A stretch of DNA of 48,836 nt from Desulfobaccales bacterium (GTDB lineage Bacteria; Desulfobacterota; Desulfobaccia; Desulfobaccales; 0-14-0-80-60-11). The DNA is taken from positions 1 through 48,836 of the forward strand of contig JBGSLA010000019.1 of assembly GCA_041740935.1 (NCBI GenBank), read 5' to 3'. The position numbers were made by a program, and so were the translations under genes. Below are positions 30,573-39,225 of this stretch, piece by piece; positions within the stretch are counted from its first letter, which is position 1; each line of letters opens with the position of its first letter. The notes below the pieces were generated by a model. It did not search any database. It was not told the origin of the DNA and was given only the letters and a program-made list of their open reading frames with translations.

Positions 30573-30586
30573 TCGAATATCCGGTT
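30573..30586. promoter_or_regulatory. Operator-like box TCGAATATCCGGTT downstream of a TTGACA -35 (30562-67)
   Basis: One of six or more copies of CCG-WWTAW-CCGGTT found in promoter regions between 30.5 and 41.4 kb. Confidence 0.5.
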
Positions 30587-30684
30587 AAAAACATCTAAGC
30601 GGAAACGGTTGGCAAGACTCCAGGCTCCCTTATCCGGCGCCGGGGTCTAAACCGGAGTGAATTTTTTACCAGGAGGTTTTTTTC

Positions 30685-31119
30685 ATGTCAGAGGAATGTT
30701 GCGGCTCCACTGTTCCCATCATGATTTTGGCTTGCGCGGGGGGCTCCAACGTCGGGCAGCTCTCTAATCAGGCCGCGGTGGAACTCACCCAGGAGGGTTT
30801 CGGCAGATTATTTTGCCTGGCGGGCATCGGCGCCCAGCTGATCGGCTTCATCCAATCCGCCCGGGATATTCCCCAGTTAGTGGTGATCGACGGCTGTGAG
30901 GTGGCCTGCGCCAAGGGGGTCCTGGAGCAGGCCGGAGTGCCGGTGCGGGGCTATTTGTTGATCACCGACCTCGGTATTGAGAAAAATAAAGATCTTTCCC
31001 CGGCCCCGGCGGAGGTGAACCGGGTCAAACAGGCGATCCGGGACCTGTGCGGTTCGTCTGCTGCGGGAGGGACCGCGGCCTCGGGGGGTGGCTGCGGCTG
31101 CAGTTGCACGCTCAAATAA
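30685..31119 (+). CDS. DGC-domain putative zinc/metal-binding protein
   Basis: 144 aa. The VVIDGCEVAC core is the DGC motif. Cys-rich termini MSEECCGS and GGGCGCSCTLK. Confidence 0.7.
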   Translation: MSEECCGSTVPIMILACAGGSNVGQLSNQAAVELTQEGFGRLFCLAGIGAQLIGFIQSARDIPQLVVIDGCEVACAKGVLEQAGVPVRGYLLITDLGIEKNKDLSPAPAEVNRVKQAIRDLCGSSAAGGTAASGGGCGCSCTLK

Positions 31120-31269
31120 GCCCTCCGGGCTTCGCCGGACAGGGCGCGTTTGGCAAAACCGGCTTGGCTGAGCGCCCGGCAAGCAAGGCTGTCTGTGGGG
31201 CCTCAAGGGCTGGTGGTCTCCCCGCGTCGGCAACGATTCACCCCATCTCTGAAGATGGAGGGTTTTACC

Positions 31270-31479
31270 ATGCTGAAAGAAAAAACCGTCATCACTCTTC
31301 ATCCGGAGGATATTTTCCGACTCGATGCCATCCTGCTGGACGAAGACAAGGACGCGGCCCTGGATTTCCTGGCCACCCTCAAGAAAAAGGCGGATGCCGC
31401 CAGCAAGCCTCATTGCCGCCCGGTTTTTGAACTGGAACGGGGCAAAACGCCGGAATTTATCACCAAGCGGCTCGATTGA
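31270..31479 (+). CDS. Small protein of unknown function (69 aa), paralog of 32392..32553
   Basis: ATG follows a GGAGGG RBS. KTVITLHPEDIFRLDAILLDEDKDAALDFLATLKKK aligns with the 53-aa ORF about 1.1 kb downstream. Confidence 0.55.
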   Translation: MLKEKTVITLHPEDIFRLDAILLDEDKDAALDFLATLKKKADAASKPHCRPVFELERGKTPEFITKRLD

Positions 31480-31491
31480 AAGGAGAGTAAC

Positions 31492-31554
31492 ATGTTGAAA
31501 AAATTAGGCTTATGCCTGTGTATCGGCGGACTTTGCTTCGTTTACGGCTGCTGA
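31492..31554 (+). CDS. Cys-rich 20-codon mini-ORF MLKKLGLCLCIGGLCFVYGC (signal-peptide/lipobox-like) ending at TGA
   Basis: Strong AAGGAGAG RBS 5 nt upstream. Five Cys in 20 residues. The same frame stays open for 37 more codons after the TGA, as far as TAA 31666-68. Confidence 0.3.
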   Translation: MLKKLGLCLCIGGLCFVYGC

Positions 31555-31702
31555 GGCGGAGCCCAGGGACTGCGGTCCAGCAGCCCCCAATTACCGGTTC
31601 CGGCGGATTCGCAGGTGGACCACGGGGTCTCCGGCTTGCGGATGTGCTCCCAGAAAATTGCCGGCTAACATGAGAGGATTTTGCAAAAGGGGTTCATGCT
31701 GG

Positions 31703-31770
31703 CATCCTGAACGAAGTGAAGGATCTCAAACCTTTGAAAATACGAGATTCTTCGCTATGCTCAGAATGAC
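31703..31770. repeat. Long imperfect hairpin repeat (CATCCTGAACGAAGTGAAGGATCTC ... GAGATTCTTCGCTATGCTCAGAATGAC)
   Basis: The arms at 31703-31727 and 31744-31770 pair at about 22 of 25 positions if G-U pairs are allowed. This sequence type is seen widely as an intergenic repeat. Confidence 0.7.
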
Positions 31771-31874
31771 AACTCTCGCCATACCAAGTTTGGCAAACGG
31801 CTCATGAGATTGGAGTTCATCAACGACCGGCCCGCCGCGGACCAGGGTTGATGAAATTCTTCAAGGGGATCGCC

Positions 31875-32345
31875 ATGATTCGCACCATTCTGTGGCCTAC
31901 CGATTTATCCAGGAATTCGCTGAAAGCTGCCAGGCAGGTGGTTTCCCTGGCGGAAAAGTATCAGGCCAAAATCATCATGCTGTATGTGGGCACGGATTTG
32001 ACGGCATTTTGGGGCGGCTATGCCCATGAACCCGGCGAACATCATTTGAAGCATTTTCAGGAGTGGGAGTTGAAGCGGGCGCAAGATAAAATGAAGACCA
32101 TCTGTGAAAACGACCTGAAAGCCTGCCCCGACCTGGACATTAAGCTGGTTCAGGGCGACGCCGCCGTTGAAATTCTTAAGGCGATAGAAACCGAGAAGGC
32201 CGACCTGGTGGTGATCACCACCCATGGGCGCGGCCACGAGGAAATCGATCAGAAAGGCGCGGTTTTCGGGAGCGTGGCCGAGAAGGTCATTCGCACCTCG
32301 CCGGTGCCGGTCCACCTGGTGAATCCCTATAAAGTGGAAAAATAA
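31875..32345 (+). CDS. Universal stress protein (UspA family)
   Basis: MIRTILWPTDLS... and VVITTHGRG...GSVAEKVIRTSPVPVHLV are typical USP blocks. I prefer the ATG at 31875 over the TTG at 31848. Confidence 0.8.
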   Translation: MIRTILWPTDLSRNSLKAARQVVSLAEKYQAKIIMLYVGTDLTAFWGGYAHEPGEHHLKHFQEWELKRAQDKMKTICENDLKACPDLDIKLVQGDAAVEILKAIETEKADLVVITTHGRGHEEIDQKGAVFGSVAEKVIRTSPVPVHLVNPYKVEK

Positions 32346-32391
32346 TGCCGGCAAACGCCAGCCGGCGCAGAATCACCCATGAGTTTCCCTT

Positions 32392-32553
32392 ATGAGCAAA
32401 ACCATTGTATTGACCATCACCCAGGAAGACTGGCTGCGGATCAAGGCCGCGGTAATGGACCGGGATGGAGAGGAGGCCCTGCGGCTCTTGAAGCAGATGG
32501 TCAAACGCCTCGAACAACAGGAAGCCAAAGGGCTTAAATCCCACCTGGGCTGA
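32392..32553 (+). CDS. Small protein of unknown function (53 aa), paralog of 31270..31479
   Basis: Not in the ORF track because it is under 60 aa. Reads MSKTIVLTITQEDWLRIKAAVMDRDGEEALRLLKQMVKRLEQQEAKGLKSHLG. It shares the ED..R...A...D.D...AL..L pattern with the 69-aa ORF. Confidence 0.5.
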   Translation: MSKTIVLTITQEDWLRIKAAVMDRDGEEALRLLKQMVKRLEQQEAKGLKSHLG

Positions 32554-32700
32554 CCGGCACGGGATTACCCCCCTTTTCCTGGCCGGTCAGGCCCTCCCGC
32601 CCGTTCACCCTGGCGGCTGCTCCGAGGAGGAGGACGTCCTCCAGGACGGCCGCCCAACCCGCCTGCCGATGGTGCAAAAAATCCCCCCGGCTGACTTCCA

Positions 32701-33477
32701 TCAAATTTTTATCCCGAAATAGATCAAGATGTATTTCAGGGAGACATACAAAAACAACAGCCCGAACAGGGCCTTGAGGATATGGGGTTTGATTTTGGCC
32801 ACCAGTTTGGCCCCGAAGATGGCGCCGATCAGGGCTCCCACCCCCAGGACGGCGGCCGCCGGCACATCCACCACCTGCTCGTAAAACTTGAAAATCGCTC
32901 CCACCAGGGCCATCCAGACAAACGCGGCCATGGAGGTGCCGATGACCAGTTTGACGGGCGCCTTGAAAAAATAAATGTACGAGGGCACCAGGGCGTAGCC
33001 CCCGCCCAGGCCGATGATGCCGGTGAGCGCGCCGATGGCCGAACCCAGGACCGTTTTGGACAAGGGCTTGCCGGGAATCCCGGCGCCCGCGGCGGTCGGC
33101 GGTCCCTTCACCAGCAAACCTTCATAGAGCATCCGCAGGGACACCACGATGAAGGCCAGGCCGATGATGAGGTCGATGAGCGCGCCATAGGGCATCAGGT
33201 AGTGGAAGACAATGGACCCGATAATCACCCCCAGGATGCCGCTGTAGCCGGTGAGCAGGGCGGTGTCCGTATCCACGTTTTTCATGCGCCAATGCTGAAA
33301 GGCCCCCGAGGCGGCAGTGAAGACCACCGCGGTGAGGGTGGTGCCCACCGCCAGGGCGGGGTTGAAGTCGAAGCCGAAGCGAATGACCGGCATCATCAGG
33401 GCACAGCCGCCGGTGCCTAACAACCCTCCCACCACCCCGGCCAGGAGGCCGGTGATAAAATATATGGCGTATAACAT
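32701..33477 (-). CDS. TauE/SafE-family sulfite/anion exporter-like membrane protein
   Basis: 258 aa with about 8 TM segments. Contains GLLAGVVGGLLGTGGCALMMP and a repeated GIIGLGGG motif. Confidence 0.8.
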   Translation of the reverse strand: MLYAIYFITGLLAGVVGGLLGTGGCALMMPVIRFGFDFNPALAVGTTLTAVVFTAASGAFQHWRMKNVDTDTALLTGYSGILGVIIGSIVFHYLMPYGALIDLIIGLAFIVVSLRMLYEGLLVKGPPTAAGAGIPGKPLSKTVLGSAIGALTGIIGLGGGYALVPSYIYFFKAPVKLVIGTSMAAFVWMALVGAIFKFYEQVVDVPAAAVLGVGALIGAIFGAKLVAKIKPHILKALFGLLFLYVSLKYILIYFGIKI

Positions 33478-33528
33478 AGGGCCAAAGCTCCTTATGATTT
33501 AAATTGAACTTATGATTACAATTTAAAT

Positions 33529-33542
33529 CCGAATAACCGGTT
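33529..33542. promoter_or_regulatory. Operator-like box CCGAATAACCGGTT within the TauE promoter spacer
   Basis: The minus strand reads TTGAAA-AACCGGTTATTCGGATT-TAAATT, upstream of ATG 33477. Confidence 0.5.
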
Positions 33543-33608
33543 TTTCAAGTATCATTTTTTCATTTTTTTCCTTTGCCTGGTAAGGGCCAGGCACCTGTCA
33601 TCAAAGCT

Positions 33609-36600
33609 TTACCTTCCTTTCAGGTAAGCCGAGATGCCCCCCGCCGAGACCTTGGGATAACCCCCAGGCTTTCCGGAGCGGGTGAACATCACATAGAGAA
33701 TGGGGCAGAGATACAATGCTACAAAGATCCCCAGGGCCAGGCCGCCGATGGCCGAGGCAGCCATGGGCTGAAGCATCTCGCCCCCTTCCTCCAGGTTGAG
33801 GGCCAGGGGGATGAAGCCGAAAATCACCGCCAGGGCGATCATCAGCCGGGGGCGCAAACGGATTTTGGCAGCTTCGATGACGGCGTCCAGGGGGGACAAA
33901 TGCCGCTCCCGGCGCAAATCCTCCGCAAAGGTGATGAGGAGCACCCCTTCGTTGACTTTGGCGGCCACCACGATGAGCACCCCGATGATCACCGTGGCCC
34001 CCAGAGGCAAATTGGTGATATACAGGGCATACACCATACCCGCCAGACAGAAGGGCACACAGGACAGGATGACCGCGGGCAGGCGCAGGCTGTTGAACTG
34101 CACCGCCAGCACCACGAAGGCAAAGAACAGCGCAAAGCCCAGGATAAAGATCACCGAGCGCTGCATCTCCGCCATCATCTGGGCCTGGCCGCCATAGGAG
34201 ATTTCGTAGCCCACCGGCAGAGTCATCTTGCCCACGGCCGCTTTCAGTTCGCCCAGAGCCTGGCCCACGCTCACGCCACTGGCGTCCCCCCGGACGATGA
34301 CCTCTTTCACCTGATCCTCCCGGGCGATTTCCACCGGACCCACCGCCGGGATCACCCGGGCCACGTCCTTGAGGCGCAGGTAGCCTCCCTGATTGCAGTT
34401 CAGCACCAGGTTTTCCACTTCCTGTTTGGAAGTAAAATGCTGTTCCGGGATCATTACCCGGATGTTGTAAAAATAGTCGCCGTCCCGATAGCGGGTGGCC
34501 ACCTGGCCGCTGATCAGGGAGCGCACCGAGGAGGTCACATCCACCACAGAAATCCCCAGGTCCGCGGCCCGGACCCGGTCCACCTCCACCCGGTACTCGG
34601 GTTTGGTCATGTCCATGGACACGTAGATATTGGCGAAGTGGGCCAGCCTGCTCATGGACTCGGAGGTCTGGCGGGCCAGATCGAAGAGTTGGCTTAACTC
34701 CTGTCCTTTGATCTTGACCTCGATGTCCGCCTCTCCCAGTTTGCGGATGCCCTTCATCGGCGCCTGCATGACCATGGGCTTGGCCCCGGGCCCGGCGAGG
34801 GGAGCCAGGGTCTTTTTCAGTTGCGCGACATATTCCCTGGTGCCGATCTTCCGGACGTGGCGCGGCGCCAACTGGATGTCCACCTGGCCCTCGTTGGCGA
34901 TTTCATAGGTGGCCAGCCCCCAGACCTTGCCGCCCGCCATGGTGACATAGCTTTCCACCAGGGGGTCGCCCTGGAGTTTTTTCTCCACCTGGGCCAGAAT
35001 CTGGTTGGTTTCGGTGAGGGCCGCGCCGGTGGGCAGTTTGACCTTCACCATGATCCGACCGTCATCCATGCGGGGCAAAAACTCGCTCCCCAGCCAGGGG
35101 AAGAGGGCGACGGCGCCCAAAAGAATGAGGACAAAGCCCCCGAATACCAGTTTCCGACGGTAAAGGCTCACCTTGAGGAAACTTACATACCATTCCGTCA
35201 CCTGACGTAACAGCCGGGCAAAGCGACCCTCCCCGTGGTGGCCGCCGCCCTCGCGGCCCACGATGATGGCGGTGAGCATGGGGGTGAGGGTGACGGCCAG
35301 GGCCAGGCTCACCAACACCACCCCGGCGATCACCAGGATAAGCTCCCGGAAAAGCAGGCTGGTCAGGCCCGGCACCAGGAGGAAGGGCAAAAACAGGGCC
35401 AGGAAGGAGAGGGTGGCGGCCAGGATGGCCGGCCCCACCTCCCGGGTGCCCCGTTCCGCCAGGGAAACGCCGTCCTCCTGGGGATGCAGTTGGCGCAGCC
35501 GGGTGATATTTTCCAGCACCACGATGGAGTTGTCCAACACCACCCCGATGGCCACCACCAGGCCGCCCAGGGAAAAGATGTTCAGGGAGAAGTCTCCCAG
35601 CTTCATGAGGGAGAAGTTAATGATGAGGGTGATGGGCAGGGCCAGCAGGAGCACCCAGACATGGCGCCAACTTCCCAGGAAGAGGTAAATGATCAGGATC
35701 ACCAGCACCGCGGCCTCCACCGCGGCGTTGCGCACCCCGTTCAAGGCGGCGGAGACATAGTCCGCCTGGTTTTCCACCATACCCAGCTTGACGCCGGCGG
35801 GTATGGAGGGCATGAGTTGATCGATTCTTTTGGTCACCGCCCGGGCCACTTCCACGGTGTTGGCGTCCGCCTGCTTAAGGACGCTCAACTTGACCGCGGG
35901 TTTCCCACCCAGGTTGGTGATGACCCGCACCTCCTCGTGGGCGTCCTCCACCTGAGCCACGTCTTTGAGATAAATCTTGCCGGGGCCGCCGTTGGCCAGG
36001 ACCACCTTGCGGATGTCATCCAGGCTGCGGTACTCCCCCATGGTGCGGGCGATGACTTCCCGGCGGCCCACCGTCAGCCGGCCGCCGAATTGTTCGAGTT
36101 TTTCTTCCGAAAGCCTTTTCATCACCGCCGGCAGGGTGAGGCCGTATTTTTCCACGGCATTGGGGTCCAGATGCACCCGGATTTCCCGTTTGAGGCCGCC
36201 GACGATGTCAGTGCCCGCCACCCCGGGAACCGCCTGCAATTGATACTGCAGCCAGTTCTCCGTCCAGGTGCGCAATTTGGTCAAATCCCAACTGTCCGAG
36301 CTGATGGTGAGCTGCACCACCGGCAACTGCGATGGGTCGGCCTTGAAGATCACCGGCGGGTCGATGTCCTTGGGGAGCTTGCGGGCCACCCGGGCCATAG
36401 CCGCCAGGGCATCCTGATAGGCCACGTCCACGTTGACCCCATATTTGAAATTGGCCAGGAGGGTATACATACCTTCAATGGAGGAGGATTCCAGATAATC
36501 CAGGTTGTCCACCATGGCCATCTGCTGCTCCAAGGGGTCGGCAATGTTGGTGCTGATCTCCTCCGGGGTGGCGCCCCGCCACCAAACGTGCACCTTGATC

Positions 36601-36731
36601 AGGGGATAGGTGATGTCCGGGAGAAAATTTACCGGCAGAAGCATAAAGCTGTAGATTCCCAGGACCACCAAAGCGATGGTGATGACCCAGGTGGCAATGC
36701 GCTGCCGCACGGCATACGTGGTTATCCTCAT
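33609..36731 (-). CDS. RND-family efflux transporter permease (AcrB/CzcA superfamily)
   Basis: 1040 aa. The 12-TM, two-large-loop layout and the N-terminal block IATWVITIALVVLGIYSFMLLPVNFLPDITYP are typical of this family. Confidence 0.9.
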   Translation of the reverse strand: MRITTYAVRQRIATWVITIALVVLGIYSFMLLPVNFLPDITYPLIKVHVWWRGATPEEISTNIADPLEQQMAMVDNLDYLESSSIEGMYTLLANFKYGVNVDVAYQDALAAMARVARKLPKDIDPPVIFKADPSQLPVVQLTISSDSWDLTKLRTWTENWLQYQLQAVPGVAGTDIVGGLKREIRVHLDPNAVEKYGLTLPAVMKRLSEEKLEQFGGRLTVGRREVIARTMGEYRSLDDIRKVVLANGGPGKIYLKDVAQVEDAHEEVRVITNLGGKPAVKLSVLKQADANTVEVARAVTKRIDQLMPSIPAGVKLGMVENQADYVSAALNGVRNAAVEAAVLVILIIYLFLGSWRHVWVLLLALPITLIINFSLMKLGDFSLNIFSLGGLVVAIGVVLDNSIVVLENITRLRQLHPQEDGVSLAERGTREVGPAILAATLSFLALFLPFLLVPGLTSLLFRELILVIAGVVLVSLALAVTLTPMLTAIIVGREGGGHHGEGRFARLLRQVTEWYVSFLKVSLYRRKLVFGGFVLILLGAVALFPWLGSEFLPRMDDGRIMVKVKLPTGAALTETNQILAQVEKKLQGDPLVESYVTMAGGKVWGLATYEIANEGQVDIQLAPRHVRKIGTREYVAQLKKTLAPLAGPGAKPMVMQAPMKGIRKLGEADIEVKIKGQELSQLFDLARQTSESMSRLAHFANIYVSMDMTKPEYRVEVDRVRAADLGISVVDVTSSVRSLISGQVATRYRDGDYFYNIRVMIPEQHFTSKQEVENLVLNCNQGGYLRLKDVARVIPAVGPVEIAREDQVKEVIVRGDASGVSVGQALGELKAAVGKMTLPVGYEISYGGQAQMMAEMQRSVIFILGFALFFAFVVLAVQFNSLRLPAVILSCVPFCLAGMVYALYITNLPLGATVIIGVLIVVAAKVNEGVLLITFAEDLRRERHLSPLDAVIEAAKIRLRPRLMIALAVIFGFIPLALNLEEGGEMLQPMAASAIGGLALGIFVALYLCPILYVMFTRSGKPGGYPKVSAGGISAYLKGR

Positions 36732-37768
36732 TTGCCTTCTCCTTGGACCCTCACTTCCATGCCCTCTTGCAGTTTTTCATTGCCGGCGGTGACCACCGTT
36801 TCCCCCGGCTGAATGCCGGAGATGATCTGCACCCGGCCTTCGGCCTCCAGGCCGGTTTGCACCACCCGGCGCTGAACTTTGCCGTCTTGAAGGATATACG
36901 CCAGCTTCTCACCGTTAGGCATCACCAGCACCGCATCGCCTGGGACGGTCAGCGCCTCGGCTTGGCCCGGCAAAGTTAACTTGAGGCGGGCGAACATCCC
37001 GGGAATCAGGGCCACCGGCGCCTTCAAGGTTACTTCCGTAGTGCGGGTGCGCATGCGGGTATCCAGGTCCGGGTACACCAGGCTGACTTTGCCCTCAAAG
37101 GTCTTGTCCGGATAGGCGTCCAGTTGGACTGTGACAGGGGTGCCTTTGAGGACCTCGATAGCCTGGGCCTCAGGCACGGCCAGACGGATTACCAGGCTGT
37201 GGGGATCGTACATTTCCACCAGGGGGGCTCTCGGCGCCACAAAGTCGCCATCTTTAACCAGGACCTTGGAGACTACCCCATTCCAGGGAGCTTTCACTTC
37301 ATAGTCGCCGGCCAATTCCCGGGCCTTGGCCAGCAGGGCCCGGGCGCCCTGGTATCTGGCCTTGGCGGTGTCGAGCTGGGAGCCCGGCACGGCCCCGTTC
37401 TGCACCAGGATTTTTATGCGATTCAGTTCGGCTTCCTGTTCCTTCACCGACTCCGCCGCGGCGGTGACCTGGGCCGCGGCCGCGCCGGAGCGGCCGATGG
37501 CGATGAGACAATCGCCCTTTTTGACCAGATCACCTTCCCGGATTTTGCAGGGATGGACAGGTCCCTCACCTGGGGAGGCCAGGCGCGCCTGGCGGGTGGG
37601 GGTGGCGGTGCCCGTCAGGTCCAACGTTCGGAAGAGAGGCGCCATCTGAACCTGTTGTACGGCCACCACGGGGAGGGCCTTAGCTCCCTCCGGCGGTTTT
37701 CCCTGGGCATGGATCTGGCTGGCTCCGAGAGATGCTATCCCGAAGGCCAGCAGGCTGGTCAGAACCAT
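36728..37768 (-). CDS. RND efflux periplasmic adaptor (MFP/HlyD family)
   Basis: Signal peptide MVLTSLLAFGIASLGASQIHAQ from ATG 37768; the ORF-track start 37789 is a TTG. Contains lipoyl/barrel motifs. ATGA overlap with the RND gene. Confidence 0.85.
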   Translation of the reverse strand: MVLTSLLAFGIASLGASQIHAQGKPPEGAKALPVVAVQQVQMAPLFRTLDLTGTATPTRQARLASPGEGPVHPCKIREGDLVKKGDCLIAIGRSGAAAAQVTAAAESVKEQEAELNRIKILVQNGAVPGSQLDTAKARYQGARALLAKARELAGDYEVKAPWNGVVSKVLVKDGDFVAPRAPLVEMYDPHSLVIRLAVPEAQAIEVLKGTPVTVQLDAYPDKTFEGKVSLVYPDLDTRMRTRTTEVTLKAPVALIPGMFARLKLTLPGQAEALTVPGDAVLVMPNGEKLAYILQDGKVQRRVVQTGLEAEGRVQIISGIQPGETVVTAGNEKLQEGMEVRVQGEGK

Positions 37769-37992
37769 CCGGATTTTTCTGCAGGGCAATCTCCAGGGCC
37801 CGCTCCAGACCCAAAGCTCCGGGAAGAGCCTCGGCCTTGGTCGGAGCGGGTTGCGACGGGGCCGGTGGGGTTATGCCGGTGGCCTTGGCCGCGGGGACCG
37901 GTTGGAAAGGTGCGGTGGGTTGCACCAGGGCGCAAACCCGACAGCAAGAACAGGGTGACTGAGGCGAGGAATGTGAGACGAACAACCTTCAC
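37766..37992 (-). pseudogene. Remnant of a NodT/TolC-type outer-membrane factor lipoprotein gene (frameshifted, then truncated)
   Basis: GTG 37992 follows GGAAAGGAG and gives MKVVRLTFLASVTLFLLSG. Removing one T from GGTTTGCGC restores LLSGC (lipobox)-ALVQPTAPF...LGLERALEIALQKNPD, the canonical OMF N-terminus. That reading then runs straight into the MFP start. Confidence 0.6.
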
Positions 37993-38083
37993 GCGCGATG
38001 TTCTCCTTTCCTAAAAATTGACCTGGACTTCTTACGGATAGTCCGGCACACAGTCAGGCGGTTACTTTTCTGGGGGGGCATAT

Positions 38084-38644
38084 TCATCTGGTACCACCGC
38101 GCCAGCTTCGACCCTCTTTCGGGGCCATGAATTCCCCTCTTCTCTCGGGCTCTCCAAGTAGCCGCTGCTCCAACAGCTTCAGGTAAACTACTCTCTGCCC
38201 GGCTTGGAGATCCTTTTGGAACTCGAGGCAGAGGTGCACTGACTCCTCTTCCATTTTTGTTTGGAGGAAACTGACTTCCTGGATTTTCTTTTGAATATCC
38301 GGCCAGGAGGGAGAATCCTGTTTGAGAAGTTCCCAAAGTGCCCTCTGTCCCCGGGCCAGTTCCACCCGAAGGTCCTGCCGCCGCTTCTGGTGTTCGGGCA
38401 TCAGGCTCCGCAATTGTCGGCACTGCTCGGGTTTAAGGGGCAAGGCCCGGCAAAGCTCCTGCAGCGTCAGGGGCGGCCCGGCTGATCGATGGTCGGCGCC
38501 GCTATAGTCTTGCCGGCGAAAGTAAGCCAGGGCGCCGAAGCTCGCCAGATCGAGGGCGAAGGAAAAGACCAGGAGATAGAACAGCCAGGAGCGTTTTCCG
38601 GGCTGGTCTCCTCCGGTCAAATTTTCAAGGTCTAAATTCCCCAC
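38084..38644 (-). CDS. Membrane-anchored periplasmic heavy-metal-sensor-like protein (Metal_resist/CpxP-Spy superfamily)
   Basis: 186 aa. One N-terminal TM segment (WLFYLLVFSFALDLASFGALAYF). LKPEQCRQLRSLMPEHQKRRQDLRVELARGQRALWELL resembles the LTxEQ helical repeats of this family. Confidence 0.6.
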   Translation of the reverse strand: MGNLDLENLTGGDQPGKRSWLFYLLVFSFALDLASFGALAYFRRQDYSGADHRSAGPPLTLQELCRALPLKPEQCRQLRSLMPEHQKRRQDLRVELARGQRALWELLKQDSPSWPDIQKKIQEVSFLQTKMEEESVHLCLEFQKDLQAGQRVVYLKLLEQRLLGEPERRGEFMAPKEGRSWRGGTR

Positions 38645-38692
38645 TTGCCGCCACCACCTGAAAAAATGCCCCTCAGGAATAGAGTTGTTGCT

Positions 38693-39187
38693 TCATGAGC
38701 GCGTCAACCAACGGTTAGCCGTTATGAGTGGAAGTTGTTCTGCACCTGCACTTGCAACTGTCGGCCCGATGTCTCTCTGAACGCCAGAGCGCCGTCCCTC
38801 GCCGGCGCCGGCGTCTTCCACCCTGGGACTGACGAGGAAGGGAAAGAGGAGGAGAACTGCGGCTACCACCGCATAAATAAGCGCGATCTTCCATCTTTCC
38901 CTGGAATTGGCGACCAGCCGGGCGAATAACCCCGGAATCATATTCCAGTGCAGCACGATATGCAGCACCAACAGGGCCAGCAACAGGAATCCCAGATACA
39001 GATGGACGGCGCCCCAATCATGGCGGTCCAGGCCGAGAAAGGAGAGATCCACCCGGCGGCCATATTTAATGGTGCTTTCCCGGCCGGGCAGCAGGACGTA
39101 CTTCATCAGGAAGCCCATCCCGGCGATGGCCGCCATGCAGAGAAACATCAGGGCGTCAATGGCAAAATTGAGTTTGGCTTTATTCAT
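38693..39187 (-). CDS. DUF4405-like membrane protein (cytochrome b-like)
   Basis: 164 aa. LNFAIDALMFLCMAAIAGMGFLMKYVL...HDWGAVHLYLGFLLLALLVLHIVLHW is typical of DUF4405. Confidence 0.65.
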   Translation of the reverse strand: MNKAKLNFAIDALMFLCMAAIAGMGFLMKYVLLPGRESTIKYGRRVDLSFLGLDRHDWGAVHLYLGFLLLALLVLHIVLHWNMIPGLFARLVANSRERWKIALIYAVVAAVLLLFPFLVSPRVEDAGAGEGRRSGVQRDIGPTVASAGAEQLPLITANRWLTRS

Positions 39188-39211
39188 GAAATTTCCCTTA
39201 TGGTTTTATAT

Positions 39212-39225
39212 GTGAATAACCGAAT
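39212..39225. promoter_or_regulatory. Operator-like box GTGAATAACCGAAT (degenerate copy) in the DUF4405 promoter
   Basis: The minus strand reads TTCAGT-AATTCGGTTATTCACAT-ATAAAA, upstream of ATG 39187. Confidence 0.4.

Noticed and set aside
32629-32642. The perfect 14-nt palindrome GGAGGACGTCCTCC between convergent genes, read as a bidirectional terminator.
   Set aside because: As a hairpin it gives only a 5-bp stem with a 4-nt loop, with no flanking T or A tracts. This is insufficient to call an intrinsic terminator.
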